Shown: one piece after another, positions 22,815 through 36,864 of the stretch
How positions within the stretch are numbered: position 1 is the stretch's first letter
How the letters are laid out: the number at the start of each line of letters is the position of its first letter
NCBI GenBank assembly: GCA_012295275.1
Contig: CM022672.1
Span: forward strand, 28,582,001 to 28,646,000
Reading direction: 5' to 3'
Length of the DNA stretch: 64,000 nt
Origin: Chrysomallon squamiferum
Lineage: Eukaryota; Animalia; Mollusca
Translations under genes and position numbers: made by a program
Notes under the pieces: generated by a model
Seen by the model: only the letters and a program-made list of their open reading frames with translations
Told to the model about the DNA's origin: nothing
Database searches by the model: none

Positions 22815-25800
22815 AAGGAACTATTAAAACAATTACTAACATAGATACTAACCCTTGGATCACATATTTGAGAACAATGAGCATAAATAGCTCTTGCTCT
22901 GTCAATCTCTCCAAGTTTTTTCTCCAGATCAGCAAATCTTAAACACATCTCTCTGTTAAATAAAAACAAAATTTCTGTAACAAATTATAGAGGTTACAAA
23001 GATATAAAAATAAATAAAAGACAACAATAATTTTGCTTTTATTACTGCCATTAAAAGTTAAAGAAATGATTCTCAGAAAAATAGTTAAAATTGTCCGTTA
23101 GTTTTTACGTAGCATTAAAACAAAAAGTAAAATATTAAAAAGTGACATCATTAACCTGTCTCTGACTCACCTTGCTTGTTCATGTGGTAAAACCTCAATG
23201 GCTTGTTCATAGATAGTTCTTGTATGAGTGACACCATATATTTCAGCTGCTCGTTTGATGTAGATATTGAACATCTTAAACGCATTTAAAAAAAAAAAAA
23301 CACAGTTTAAAAATAAAAGATACTACATAACCCACAGTATAAATAGTCACACTAACACATTACATTTCCCTTGATTTGGCCAAGAACACACATTTGCCAT
23401 CTTCATATTTGGTGCTTGTGCTGTGTAACATCAAATGCATCATAGCAGCATCCTTATCTCAATGTGCATATTAACAGCAAATTAATATTAATAATGCATT
23501 TGTTAGGTTTGAGCTTACCAACTGATAAAAACTTTGAAATTGCATAGAACTACTGAAATGCTATTTTTTAAAAATCATCTCTGATCATACAATGTATTTG
23601 AATCAAAATGTTAAATACACTGTGTTAATAATCTATCTTTTTACCTCATACTGTTCTTCTGGTAAAACTCCTTTTGTTGCTTTATCATAAACAGCCATTG
23701 CATGTCTTGCTAGCCCATAGTCCTCTTCCAGCTTAGCATACAGTAAGTAGATAGCTGTAAATGTACATATTACACACACATATATATTTTATCTTCTATT
23801 AAACATATGAAATCTACTTGACAAGATGACAAGTTACATATTTATCATGTTTAGCATGTACCACATATTCCTTTAAGCAAATTTATGCAGAAAATTTAAA
23901 ACCAAGCTAATATTTGGTGAAACTGGAAGAACAGAATATATTCATTTCTTTCTAGATCAGAAAATATTTAATAAAAAGTGCTGTTACAACTATTTTACTT
24001 ATATTATCAGTTATCAGAAGTCTGATAAAAAGTTGCTGTCCCTATCAATATTTTTATTCACTATAATTAAATGTAACGTTGGGTACTGGCACCTAAAATG
24101 TCATCTTGGTACACTAACTATCATTATTTTTAAAGTGTTATAAATACTTTTTACCAAGAAAGAAAGAAAGAAAAAAGCCCTTTAAAAAAAGTTATGTTTC
24201 TATCTTTATTCCCAAAAAGGATATGGCCAATTTTTCAGCAAAAATATTTAAAAAACACTGTTTTGCGAAAATGCTGACTGTGCACCTGTCTTTCACAGTT
24301 TTATGCACAAAAACTTGAAAATGTATTTCCTTCAAGCATTTAGCATACAGACAAACTGGAAAAATTGCTTTTTCCCCCCCACCAGATTAATCCCATGCTA
24401 AGGTCTGATTTAGCGGACCTCCAAAAATGGTCTTATGCCTAAAAATTGTATAGCATCTTCTCTCAATATTTTAAAATGCAATAAAATGCATTTTTATAAT
24501 TTAAACAGCATTTTGTTTAGATCTATGTAAAGAGATATTACCAGACATACTTAAAACCACAAATATGGTTAAGTATGCTGTCTGGGAGGTGGTTTAAATG
24601 ACTGAGCTTACCTGCAATGCAAGATATAGTTCATTCCACCAGCTTATTCCAATAGTGTAATATGCTTACAATGCAAAATTTATATATTTCAGTTTGAACT
24701 CTTTAAAAAAAAATAAAAAAATACAAGTAGTGCATTGGAGAGAGGAATGTTGGTATTTATTGTGGTACACATTAAAAGCTCCTTTGAACAGTAGTATATC
24801 TGTGCCAGCTGAGAAAAATGGCAAGTTTTAGCTGATTCAGTGTGGGTACCAGTACCTAATAATTTATTACTTTTTCTACATTTGCTGGCCTTTTGACTTA
24901 ATTATAAGATATAATGCAGTATTGTATTTTACCTTTTGCAAATTTGGGAGGACAGTTTTCTAAACACTGTTCAAACAGATCTCGGGCTCTCTCCAGTTTC
25001 TTGCCTCCCTGTAAATAGGAAACTCTTAATTATTATATTTTTAAACAAATTTATTTTATTTTTATTTTTTAGAATTTAATACTATTTATTTAAAAAGATA
25101 TAAATTATACCTTTCAGAACTGATACAAATCTACTTTTAAGAAATAATAATATTCAGGCATTATAAAAATAAGTAAGTTGGAATATTTACTTTAATCAAA
25201 AGATACACTAGGAAGTATACTTACATATCTGTCAATGAATTTGGTTAAGTAGGTATTCCATATGTCATAGACATTAGGCCATTTGAATAAAGCAATTCCT
25301 TTCTCATATGCCTTGAAACAAAATGAACAGAAGTTACATACATTAATAAAATTAATTATAAAATATTATTAAAATATACTAAATATTTTTATCAATACTG
25401 AACAATATTTTATGTTAGGTAAGAAATGATAAAAAAGACAAACTATGTGGCTCTAATGAAAACATAAATAGCTAACACCATATATAAATACAATATTTAA
25501 AAAAAAATGAATATAAAATGTGATATTAGATCGAAACTTACTTTGAAAGCTTCTTCAAAATAGTTGTTTTCTTCAAGGAACATTCCATAGTTCATTATAA
25601 TCTGAGGTGTAGCTATCCTCAACTCAATTATCCTGTCATAGACTGCTTTGCATGACTAAAATTGAAATATAGAAATGAAAATCATAGTTTAATACAGCTA
25701 TTAAAATATAATTATTGGTCTGATCAGTAAAAATATTTAATAACATACAGCTGAACTTTGATAAACTGAAAGGGTCAACAAAACAGTTTATGGTTTCAGA

Positions 25801-28800
25801 GAGTTTGAGCTTCTCAAAATTGAAATATTTATTGCAATTCCAGTGAATGAATATGTTTCATACGTTGTAAATTAAGTAAACAACAAAATCAATAAAAGAC
25901 TCAGTTCAAATGAATTTGACTTACATATGCCATGTACAGACTCAGATTACCTAAGCAGGCATATTTGTTCTGTTTAATCAACAATCCATTGTTTTGTAAT
26001 TATCAAGGAAAACAACAACTTGATCATTTGAGTTCTTCAAGTTTTTACAAACTAATTTCTATTAACTCAACAGCCTGAGCCTGCAGTATGACTTTTGGAA
26101 TAAGACGTTTTTGATTTATCAACATTTGAATTATTGAAGAAAATTTTTAATAGCTTGAACAGGACCAGACTCTCAGTTAGAGAGAATGTGGTCTTCAAGA
26201 GATCGAAGTTTGACTGTACATTACATTTATACATTCAAAAAATATTAATAATAATACATATGATAAACATTACCTTGAATGTGCCAAAGCTTTCTTCAAG
26301 GTCAGCATACAGAGACCAAACTTTGAGTGATTTATGTACTCGTGCTTGAACCTTTTCAGTCTTAAAAATAATTCAGTGATAAAATATTAATACATTTAAG
26401 ACAAAGAAAATAACAAATCTATATGAATAAAACTACTCACTCTTAAATTTCATCTACCAAATCGATTAATGTTCTCCACTTTTGTTACAAAAAAAAGAGA
26501 CCTGAATTTATATCTCTAATAGTACAGGTAAAATATCTTAAAACTGACTTTAAACAGTATTTTACTTTAATTTTAAACATAATTCTGTACAGATCTTAGA
26601 ATACAAAATGTATTAGATAATCTATTTCACAAATACCTGGTATATTAATATTATAAAAAAAGAAAATTACATAGAAGATACAAGATATTTTTGCTAGTGC
26701 TGATAAGTATTAACTAATCTGAATGTCCTCTTGACTCACAATAATAAATTCAATTTTTATTATTAAAGGAAAACAAAGAAGCTAAATAGACTTCACATTG
26801 TTAATATTAATGCTAAATACAAATCAAAATGTAAATAGTTTTCTAGAGGATGTTTTTTCTAATATAACGTAATACACAGAGACTGGCACAAAACTAACTT
26901 CGTCATGATAGGCAATTTTTCTTGGTGGTGGTGTGGTTGCCTTCTGCAGCAGTTTCAAAGCTTCATCAAAATTTCTATAAACAAAAATTAAATTTGTCAT
27001 TAAAACATCTCTTTGTTTCCTTTTATTTGTGATTATGTAAAACAGATAAAAACTAAATATTCATTGTTAAATCACATAAAAACAATGCATTCACTGAAGT
27101 TGTGCAAAACAGATAAAAACTAAATACCTGCTGATGTTGTTAAAAAGAAAATCTCTGGTTTCATGTAAAATAGATAAAAAAAAAAACAACAACCACTCAC
27201 TGATGTCGTATTTCCATCTCACACCATTCACAATAAATTAAAGCCAGATCATCAACTGTTTTGTATTCCACTTTGACTGCTTTATCAAATATCAGTCTGG
27301 CCTGAAAACAGTAAAAAAAACAATCTTTAAATAAAGCTACACTATTAAATTTAAATAATATTACTTCTCTTAATATTTGGTATTAACTTATTTTATAATG
27401 CTTACATAAATATATTTTCATATGGTTACATTAGAAATTCAAAGAATAAGAAATATAAACAAAATACAAAACAGAAAGGCACAATAATATATTCATAATC
27501 TTCCTAAAATATTAAGAGCACAAGACATAATTTATATGTGCATCCTTTCCCCTTTATCAAATAAAACAAATAAACAAAATAAATAAATAACACATACATC
27601 TTCAAGTTGATCTGCATTTTCATAAAACTTGGCAAACTCCACCCACAGAGTGTGAGGTTTACCTGAAGCTTGTTTTGGATCAACAGTCTGAACAGCTGTT
27701 GTATATGTATTGATGATCTACAACATAAAAAAAGCCCAGTATCAATATATAGAAATATGCTGATATGCATATAATGATACAAACACCCTAAATAAATGTT
27801 TATATCTTCTGGCAAAAAGTTATATGTGATGTTTTTCTGTATTTGTTAATAATAAAATAAAAGAATCCAAATGTAGGATAAAAAATGTTTGTCTGTGTAT
27901 TTTATACAAATTGATTATGTTCTTACTTCTGTAGGATTCCCTTCATATAGCTTCACCCGTTTGTGCCATTCATGAATATTGTGTGGATTCTGTCTTAGTA
28001 AGACACTGCAAAAATAAGTCCAGTTATAAATCATTATCTGTCCTATTTAAACTTCTACAGAATACTCACACAAATATATCCATAAAAAAGGTATTTAAAA
28101 CATGCAACAACAGAAGTATATTATATTCAGTAAAGGAGTAATTCCATAACTTTTCTTAAAAATATTTCAGGTACATACCTATTTAAAAGTAAAGGTCTTC
28201 TATCCATCAATGACTCTAATATTGCTAATCGTAGTTCAAGTTCAAGGTCATCTGAAAAGTTATGTAGTTAGTGAGAACCAAATAGCAGAATGAAAGGAAA
28301 CAATTATTGTAATGACTGAAAATAAAGGATAACAGCTTATCCCCTCCATTAATGACAGGCAACAATTAAGAATATAATATTATAATGCTACACAGAAGTA
28401 ACCATTTAAAACAATGAAATAGTTGAAGTAATATCTGTTACAATGTGAATTATTCAAAAAGAAACTATGATTATTTTACCTTCTTCGGAAACACCTGTTT
28501 CTTCCATTGTTTCCATCTTAGCAGCAATCATGCTTTTTTCAAACTGAGCGTATGCATCAAAGACTTGTGTGAAATCTCTTACTGTAATCACTGTGTCTAT
28601 TCCTTCCTCGTAGATGTCCCGTGCCTACAAGTTAAAGTATTTTGAAATGTAGTGAACATACATTTCTGCCAGGTGCACATGTAGAAATCAGGAACAGAAT
28701 CTGAGTCTAGTTGCAACTGTGTTGTGTGCATTGTTAAATAAAACACCTGCTTAACCTTTGCCATTCATAAAGCATGACAATAAAAAAAATCACATTAAAC

Positions 28801-31698
28801 TTTTAAATAAAAAACATAATCAGTTTTTTACCTTTTAAATTCAAAACATTTTTCATAGCTTATATTTTTTTTCTTCACATTTTTATGATGACAAATGGCT
28901 TCTATATCTCAAGTTTGTTATCATTTTAGATATACTTTGCAAGGATTAGAAATACTTCATAATAATTCAGTATCCTCAGTTTTAAATTATTATAAATACA
29001 TCAACAAAAAATAATATTTTCATATTCATTTAAATTTACATAACAATTATTAATTTCATAAAGTAGAGAAATTTAAAAAAAAGAAGAAAATTTGAAAATA
29101 ATAATAATAAAAAATAATATAGTATTTACCCTTTCAAAATGGCCTCCTCTAATATAATAGTTAGCCATGGAGTTCCAAAGAACACCAATCTGATCTGAGT
29201 ATCTTTTCAAACCTTGTCTGATAATAGGTTCAATCTTGGGAGTTTTCACTTTGTCTGGGTTCTTAGCAATCAAATCACACAGCTCATTCCACAGCTGAAA
29301 CCAATATCAGTTAAATTTTATTTAAAATACATTCTTTGCACTATCAGAAAATTAAACTTAAAAATAATCAGAGAAAAATAATATAATTAAAACAATACTA
29401 GAAACAGTTAAGTTATTTTAGACAGCTACTAAACCCAATTTACTTTCCTTAATAATGTACATGGTAATTTTTAGTTATTACATGAAACAGCTAGAAATAC
29501 CAATATCAGACTTTTTTTTTTTTTTTTGCATTATTCCACAGATTAATACACAATCATTATAAATATGTATCTCATATAAAAAATAAAAAAATGTTTTATA
29601 TATACTTATTATATTCACTGTATTTAAACATACCTGATGCTTTGATTTTCCTTCTTTGGACACAAAAGTGTCATCATTGATAATATCAATAAGTTTGACA
29701 GCTGCCTCATCCAGCCAATCTATTGACTTGAGATATTCAATGTATTCTTCAGTATTTTCCTTCTGCAACTGGTAAATACAGCAGTAAACAAACTTATTAA
29801 AGCAACTAACAAATTTTACATTCAAAATTTCATTGCTTAATTTTCTTTTTGAAACAGATTAATTAATTTTCAAATTTCATTTATCAAATTACAAAATCAA
29901 AATGAAAAAAAAAAAAGCAACAACAAATAAACAAACAAAAAAACCTACTAATCTATTCTGCTATTTTAACAGTAATTATTTTAATTAACATCTTCTAACC
30001 TTCACATGACGCCGATACACTCTGACAGCTGTTTCTGGAATTTCATATATTCTAACAAATTTGAGGTAAAGAGGCCAAATCCTGTTATGCTGAGTAACTG
30101 GCAATGCTCTTAATGCTCGATCAAAGGTTCTCCTTGTACGAGTTATCTTTCCCTGATCTATCAGCAGCTGGCAATAATCTAACCATATCCTTGGCATCTG
30201 TTGTGGAAAAATACATATTTTGCATAGAAACAAAAGTTCATTCACATGTAATGAACAGATATATAGCAATTTGATCAAATGCCATGTGTAACACATGAAC
30301 TGGAATGTAGGAATAAAGTTTAATAAATAACACTGAAGTACCAGATAAAAAAGAATAAAATTTACAAAAGTAAAGCTAAGAGTATTTAATAACAGTATCA
30401 TTAAAGGGATAATTATTTTATTATAAATGTAATTATCACTGAAAATAACGTAAAAATCAACAAGAAAAGTCTGGATATTAATAATCAAGAATATGTCATA
30501 TCATAAATGAGAATGAAATAAATAATATATCTGCCTTGTGCATAAAAACAAGAGATCTTTCAAAAGCATTGTTAACATCTTCATAAGCAGGATCAGTCAC
30601 ACATCTTCCTCGGACTTGACGGCGTCGAAGTCGTAAGTACTGATACCATAGCTTATAACTGTAAAACAGATGATAAATATCACTTAAAATTATGAGACAT
30701 CAAACAAAAATTAATTAAAATAAATTTTAAAAATTACTATTATACTCTTTGAACTTAAGTTACAAAAAGAAATATATCAAAATAATCTTGTATATAACTG
30801 AAGGCTACCTTCCGGGTAACTCTTTGAGAGCACGTTCGAAAATTAAGTTAACCACATCACGAGAGGCACCCTTTTTGTGTTCCAAGTATCTCAGCCAGCA
30901 TTTCACAGAAAATGGATTCCTTAAAATATCCTCTTCATATGCCAAATCATCTTCTTCCTGAAAGGCAAAATAATTATTAATAATACTAACATTATTTTAT
31001 TTTTTAACAGATTAGACTAAACATTACAGATGGCTAAATTAACAACAAAATATATCTTCAAGTATTCCAGCATGTTCTATATATATATAATTTGGGGTAC
31101 AAGGCAATTTATATCCAAAATTATTAGTACCCAGGTCAAAGACACTCATACTAATATACATGTACATAGACAGACAATCTGACAACTCTGTGAAAATAAT
31201 ATTCTGCATCAAATATGTTCCTATCATCCATAAAACATTAATTTCAATTCAATATTCAATTCAGTTTATTCGTGTAGCAGATTTATTAAAACATATAAAT
31301 GGTGCAAGTGCTAAGCTTTATTATTTATAATATATACAAGGATTACAATAATGTAATTATATCAGCTAGGTCAAGATATTTGTGGTACAATTTGTAACTG
31401 TACTACAATTACATAAACTAGCTCATTATAATTAAAGTGCATACTCATACTGATACTAAATACGGAAAACTGGAATTCTTGATTTAACAAGACGTGTATT
31501 TTTTGTTTCGCAGCGACACCTAAATGATAAATCAACTTAATTTCAAAATTAGATGTTATTTGAAAACCAAAAAATGTATGTAGATTCATGTAAATAAAAC
31601 AAAATGTCAACATCTTCATAAGTTTCATCTTTGAATTAATCAAATGTAATACTTACGAAAAAAATGTCATTACTGAAACTTTCTTTTACAACAGGCAT
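21173..31698 (-). CDS. XAB2: Pre-mRNA-splicing factor SYF1/XAB2, complete, 24 coding exons, 849 aa. Exons: 31698-31657, 30957-30809, 30658-30535, 30197-30000, 29768-29634, 29294-29130, 28624-28480, 28251-28179, 28005-27927, 27717-27598, 27301-27201, 26974-26899, 26360-26274, 25655-25542, 25311-25225, 25008-24933, 23754-23645, 23274-23171, 22952-22853, 22436-22320, 22159-22102, 21923-21812, 21510-21404, 21243-21173.
   Basis: In-frame assembly of 2550 nt. Translation includes [137 protein letters not shown] and an acidic C-terminus. These are the HAT/TPR repeats of SYF1. Confidence 0.96.
22774..22812. repeat. (TA)n microsatellite in an XAB2 intron
   Basis: Directly visible. Confidence 0.92.
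24081..24857. mobile_element. Non-autonomous DNA element, family A copy 1, in XAB2 intron 16
   Basis: Approximately 13-bp imperfect TIR GGGTACTGGCACC / GGTACCAGTACCT. Subterminal blocks are shared with about 42230-42620 and about 58900-59893. Confidence 0.65.
25748..26216. mobile_element. Tc1/mariner-superfamily MITE in XAB2 intron 13
   Basis: TA|CAGCTGAACTTTGATAAACTGAA ... TTCAAGAGATCGAAGTTTGACTG|TA: imperfect TIRs with TA target duplication. Confidence 0.6.
30198..30534 (-). other. GC-AG intron (XAB2 intron 3)
   Basis: Exon 3 ends ...ATG CAC AAG followed by GCAGAT. The next exon starts cag|ATG CCA AGG, giving the conserved FMHK-MPRIW junction. Confidence 0.82.
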
Positions 31699-32321
31699 TT
31701 TTGTAGGCCGAAAACGAAAATCATGGAATAACTCCTGTTTTTCCTATTCCTTCTTTATTTATTGTTGTTATTATTATGTTTTAATTAATTAATCATCTTT
31801 ATTTTTGTTAGTATTTTCTTCTTTCAATCACAAAGCGGTAGAGTGCACGATTCCGGAAGTGTTGATGGACTCGAACATAATGTGAGTGCGATAGGTGGGT
31901 CAGAATAAAACAAAACAAAGAAAAAGAAAAGAAAAGAAAAGAAAAAGGAAATGTAGGATATTTTTTATCATACAAATAAAACTAAGACAATCACTATTAT
32001 ATTTCAGTATGTACAGTTAATGCACATAACGTCATCGCAAAACATTATTCTATTGTTAGACAAAAATATTTCTATGTTTCTTTTTGAATGGAATAGTCCA
32101 ATATTAAAGTTGCTTTCAGATCTAATATTGCAGTAAATTCTATAAACCCAATGCCGATTATAATATTAAGATCACAACATTGTTAGTTTTAAAAAGAACG
32201 TTAAAGTTACATTCAGATTTGTACCTTTTTTAAAAAATATAATATTTATTTGACATATTGCTTGAGTAGGATGAGAAAAAAAATGATCTGACATATTGCT
32301 TCAGTAGGATAAGATTTTTTT

Positions 32322-32398
<77 letters not shown>

Positions 32399-33297
32399 CT
32401 TCTTATCTCTTAAACAGCTGTTTTCAAACAAAAAATTTGTAGCAATATCATTTTTATTGTCATACTTTAAGTTTGCCCATAACAATAAATAAATTAAAAA
32501 CTAACTAAATAAATTTTAGAAAATACAACAAAAACCCCAACAACAACACCCCCCCCCCCAGATATTATGCGGCAATGAAAAACAAAAGAAGACTATTTTA
32601 TTGCTACAGTTACACTTTCTAACTTTGATACAACTGTTTCTTTTCAGTGCAGTCATCGGTTTACGTGACCTATCCTAGAATGCGTCAGGGAATTTTTACT
32701 TTCTTAGCCTTTGCGATTAACACGGTGAACGACACAGGCGCATGCTATAAGTCTAGACATTAATTCGCCCTTACATACATATACACATACATAAAAAGTC
32801 TACGTACTTTCTGAATACTAACATTTTATTATTTTATTTGCTCATCGCGTCCATTCACTCCTAATAACAAAGAATGTTTTTAAAAAATAACAAAAGTTCA
32901 TGTTTGTTTGTTGTTGTTTTTGTTTTGTTTTAAATAAAAATATAATTACATTAAAAATACACATTAGTATAAGTTCACAATATTCAAATTAATTCCTATT
33001 TTGAGAAATTATGTTCTGCTAAAAAGGAAAATACCAGCATAAGTTTTATAAATATATTTTGTTTGTCATTTCATAATTTATTATTAGAAACTATTTTATA
33101 GATAATTTAGGGTTTATAATATATTACGATAAGGATGATGAAGATTAGGATAATGATAATGATGATGATTATTATAATCCTTAAAACCACCACGATGACG
33201 AAGACAACTGAACAGAATATAGCATTTATATCAAGTACTTTATTTGGTATTTCCGGGAAGTTCCCTCCAACACAGGACTGTCGTCACGGTTGTGTAC
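31699..33297. promoter_or_regulatory. Divergent promoter region between XAB2 (minus) and GPSM (plus), including a candidate non-coding first exon of GPSM ending at 33297
   Basis: CpG dinucleotides are visibly more frequent than in the flanking gene bodies. ETS-type CCGGAAGTG at 31853-31861, GCGCATGC near 32738, and donor GTAAGT at 33298. Confidence 0.55.
32320..32395. repeat. (TTTA)n/(TTA)n compound microsatellite
   Basis: Directly visible. Confidence 0.9.
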
Positions 33298-35489
33298 GTA
33301 AGTTGTTTAACTTCAATATATAGTGAGGTATCTTTCAAAATATTTTCTTGTTGTTAGCGTATTTGAGAATGTGTGAAAATACAGAGAAAACAAAACGTTT
33401 TGTTGTTTGAATAGTTACTTTATATACTTCGAAGACTGATGTTTAGCTCAGTTATCACTTTCAAATTTAAGTTTACCTCTTTCAAATACTTCTGTCATTA
33501 AATTTATTGTTAGGAGGTAAGTAAAATTTTTATACATTTTCATCACCAAGTAAAGTGATTTTATATTAACAATAATTATAAATTATTATATTACTAAGAA
33601 TAACTAAGTGAAATACTTCAGTAGATAAATCGCAAGGACCAAGCCCTTGTCTTAAGCCTAGAATAATTGTTTATTTCAGTTTAATTTTGTTATAATAATC
33701 AATTTATTTAATATTAAACGATATAATTCAATAAGTGCATATCTGTAATAAATATTTTAAATATTTTAATATTTATTTTTATATTTATAAAGCGTAATTT
33801 CTATTGAAACGGATATAATCATTAGAGGGGACACAACTGCTTAATGCAGAGTTTGACAGCTGTTCAGTATTATTTTTAATGCACTCCTAAATATTTCCCT
33901 TATATATATGACTGACAAATAATCATTATGTTCAGAAAATGTTACTGAATCTATTTCACATGAATTATGTAATGATGTATAAATAATGTTTCTTGTGAAA
34001 TTTATATTGTTTCTATTTCTTTTTCTTGTTTTTAAATCAGTACAAGTATAAAAATAAACAATAGACACTAAATTGTAATTGTAATAGTGTGTGTGTGTGT
34101 GATTAAATATTTCAAATTAGTAATAATCATCACTTTTGTACTGTGATTTTGTATGTGTGCACACACGCCAAATATATTTCTTTTTCTATAATATGAGCTT
34201 TATTTTGTAGAAGCTAGAATTCCAAATACAGCATTAGTGTGTAGCAGGATAAATCTGATATGCTAAGATAGTAATCAGTTATTTCCTTCATCATATAATC
34301 CCAAATAATACAAAAACTGTGAGATAAAGTAACTGCAGTCATGAGCAATGGATTCATGTGTGTTATTTCATTTTTGTCTTTAAAAACTGCATCAAACAAA
34401 ATAGTTCTTAAATAACAACAATGTATTTGTTATTTTTAAATATCTCAAAATATTATTGAGATCTAAACCAGCAATTAGACAAAGAAGTTACTGAACAATA
34501 TATGTCTACTCATATGTATGTGTGTATATATGAGTAATAGTTAATCCAATATGCCTTTATTAGTGGTCCATTTTTCACTGACTTTTGAATGATCAGTTTG
34601 AAGTCCTCTTTAAATAAAAACTGCATGAATGAAACATTTTAAGTTTTATCTTTGTGTTTGCTGATTGAATACTGTCTCATATTGTCAAAACCCTCATTTA
34701 GTCTCAGTCTGAAGTGCCTTGGTAACTGCCACCTTGTAATGAATGTATGGTAGTGTAGACTGAACATTGTTCATTCCCTACTTTTTATGTTTACAGCATT
34801 ATACAAGCTTTCTTACAACAAACTGAAGCAAACAAAAATTCAGTCTCTTAGTCATAGCTTCTTTTGTATTATCTTCTTTGCTTCCCCAAGAGCTGTAGAA
34901 AATCTTGATGAAACTTCAGTAAAGTCTTGATCATTTCTGAGCAAAAGACCCCGTTCAAAAATATATCACTGGAAAGAGCAAAATATCACCTTTTAAATCA
35001 TATAAATGACAGTGAATTTGAAGTTTAAACTAAGTTAAAGTAACTATGCAGTGAACTGCTCTGATTGGTATGTTTTCTACTGAACCATGTGACAAGTCAT
35101 GGCCATTAAAGCTGCTTCACTCCTAATAAGAAAGAATGATCAAGCCAATTGTCTGCAACCAGACCTCCTGAATTCTTTTTGAAAGTTCTTGTTGGTGATC
35201 AAAATAATCATTCTTTTCACAAGATGTTAATTTAACGGGACAGAATTACAAGTTAAGTGATTAAATCTGAGCTGAAATAGGATCAGAGCCTGTTTGTATG
35301 TATTTATTGTGTAATTTTACCTCCACCTCGGTTAATAAATTAAAGTTTAGGATTTTTCAGCAAAATGTTCATTACAGATTATGTGGAGAGGGCCTTCTGC
35401 ACATAAACTATGAATGTTTTGAGCTGTTTTATTTATTTAATGATACCTGAAAAAGTGAAAAACTATGGTCATATGGCTTCAGTTTCTCA

Positions 35490-36229
35490 CTTGTGGACTG
35501 GGATCCCACAGCACCAAATCTGAAATTTTATGCCAGTCAGACTAGTGGTGTGGGAGATATGGCCCCCCGAATTTCGAAATTTTTAGCAAAAATGGGCATG
35601 ACCATGAACCTTTGAACCCTCATATCTCAGGAACTACTGGGCCAATCTTCATAAAATTGATATTGTTGAAAAGGCAATATGAAAAGGATTTCCAAATATT
35701 TGGTGGGGGGTATCAAAGCCTTTTGACCTGTGTTATGACCTCAAAATTGACCATTAAGCATCAGAAACACCTTGTTTATGTGAACTTTCTGCATACATGT
35801 AGGTCTACAATGTCTTACTCGGTGATCAAGATACAAGGTGATTCCTAGCATCCAGAATTGATCATTCAGGTTTTAGTTAATCAGATGTTAATGGCAGAAA
35901 AGGTGTTATTTTCATGGATGTGCATTTTTAAGATCTGTATTGTGGCTAAATAAAAAATATTACACCCAGGAAACTTTTATGTTTTAGTTAACATATGGGA
36001 GATTAAATTTCAATAAAGGTCATGTGATCCACAGTGTCAAAATCAAGGTCATAACAAAGGTCAAAAGGTCAGTGAAAAAAACTCTACACCACTTGTCTGA
36101 TTGGCCTAAAATTTCAGATTTGGTGCTATGGGTCCCAGTCAACAAGTATACCAAGTTTCATAAAAATCTGAGATGGACGCGTTTAAATGTTTTTTTTTGG
36201 GGGGGGGGTGATTTGAAATGGAATGACCC
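35490..36229. mobile_element. Non-autonomous deletion derivative of the Sola2-like element at 8376-10560
   Basis: 35490-35660 is the reverse complement of about 10320-10490. About 35800-35916 is the reverse complement of about 8390-8490. About 35920-36229 matches 10129-10560 with a gap and ends GGAATGACCC. Confidence 0.85.
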
Positions 36230-36864
36230 ATAGAGTCAGATTCTCTCATTTAAGGTAACAGTTAAAAGAGACTGTACAGCAAACTGGGCAAACTACCAAA
36301 GAGAAGTATAAAATTCCCATTTTTAAATACACCACATTTTGCCCAATTTCATGTAGTACTTGCACTTAAAAAATGGTTATAAAACTGATTTTTTAAAGTT
36401 TAATAAATAGACGACATTTTTCAGAATTGCATATGATTTGATTTATTATGTAGCCTATTCTTTTTTCCAGTTTCTTGCTTGGAAATTCATATCAATATGT
36501 TTTTCTATCACTTTTATTATAAATAATAAAATCAGTTTTGTTGCAACATTTTCATAAATAAGCAATATCTTTATAGCAGTATGGGCAAACCTGATGGATT
36601 CATGATATTGCTTTGATATTGTTGTTAATGTTTGAAACATGAGCTTGTGCTTCTTCCTTTCTCTTTTTTTAAACACTATTATGCTATTGATTTTTCATAT
36701 TGACTCGCAACAAGATGTATCTGTTACATAAATTAATTTCTTTGTAGTTTTGGTCTGAACATGGACTCTGCAGATATAAGTGCATGCAGCTTTGCCATCC
36801 AGTGCTAAAACAACAATAACTGACAGTAGTTGTTGGACAGTAGATTCAGACAATTAAATCCATC

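Noticed and set aside
27039-27180. Repeat-spacer pattern superficially like a CRISPR array
   Set aside because: Only two to three AT-rich non-palindromic units in a eukaryotic intron, with no cas genes.
34600-35250. Protein-like short frames on the minus strand
   Set aside because: Interrupted by stops, with no recognisable family or consistent splice structure.
35612-36233. ORFs MNPHISGTTGPIFIKL... and MIHSVKIKVITKVK...
   Set aside because: They fall within the non-coding TIR sequence of the Sola2-like derivative.
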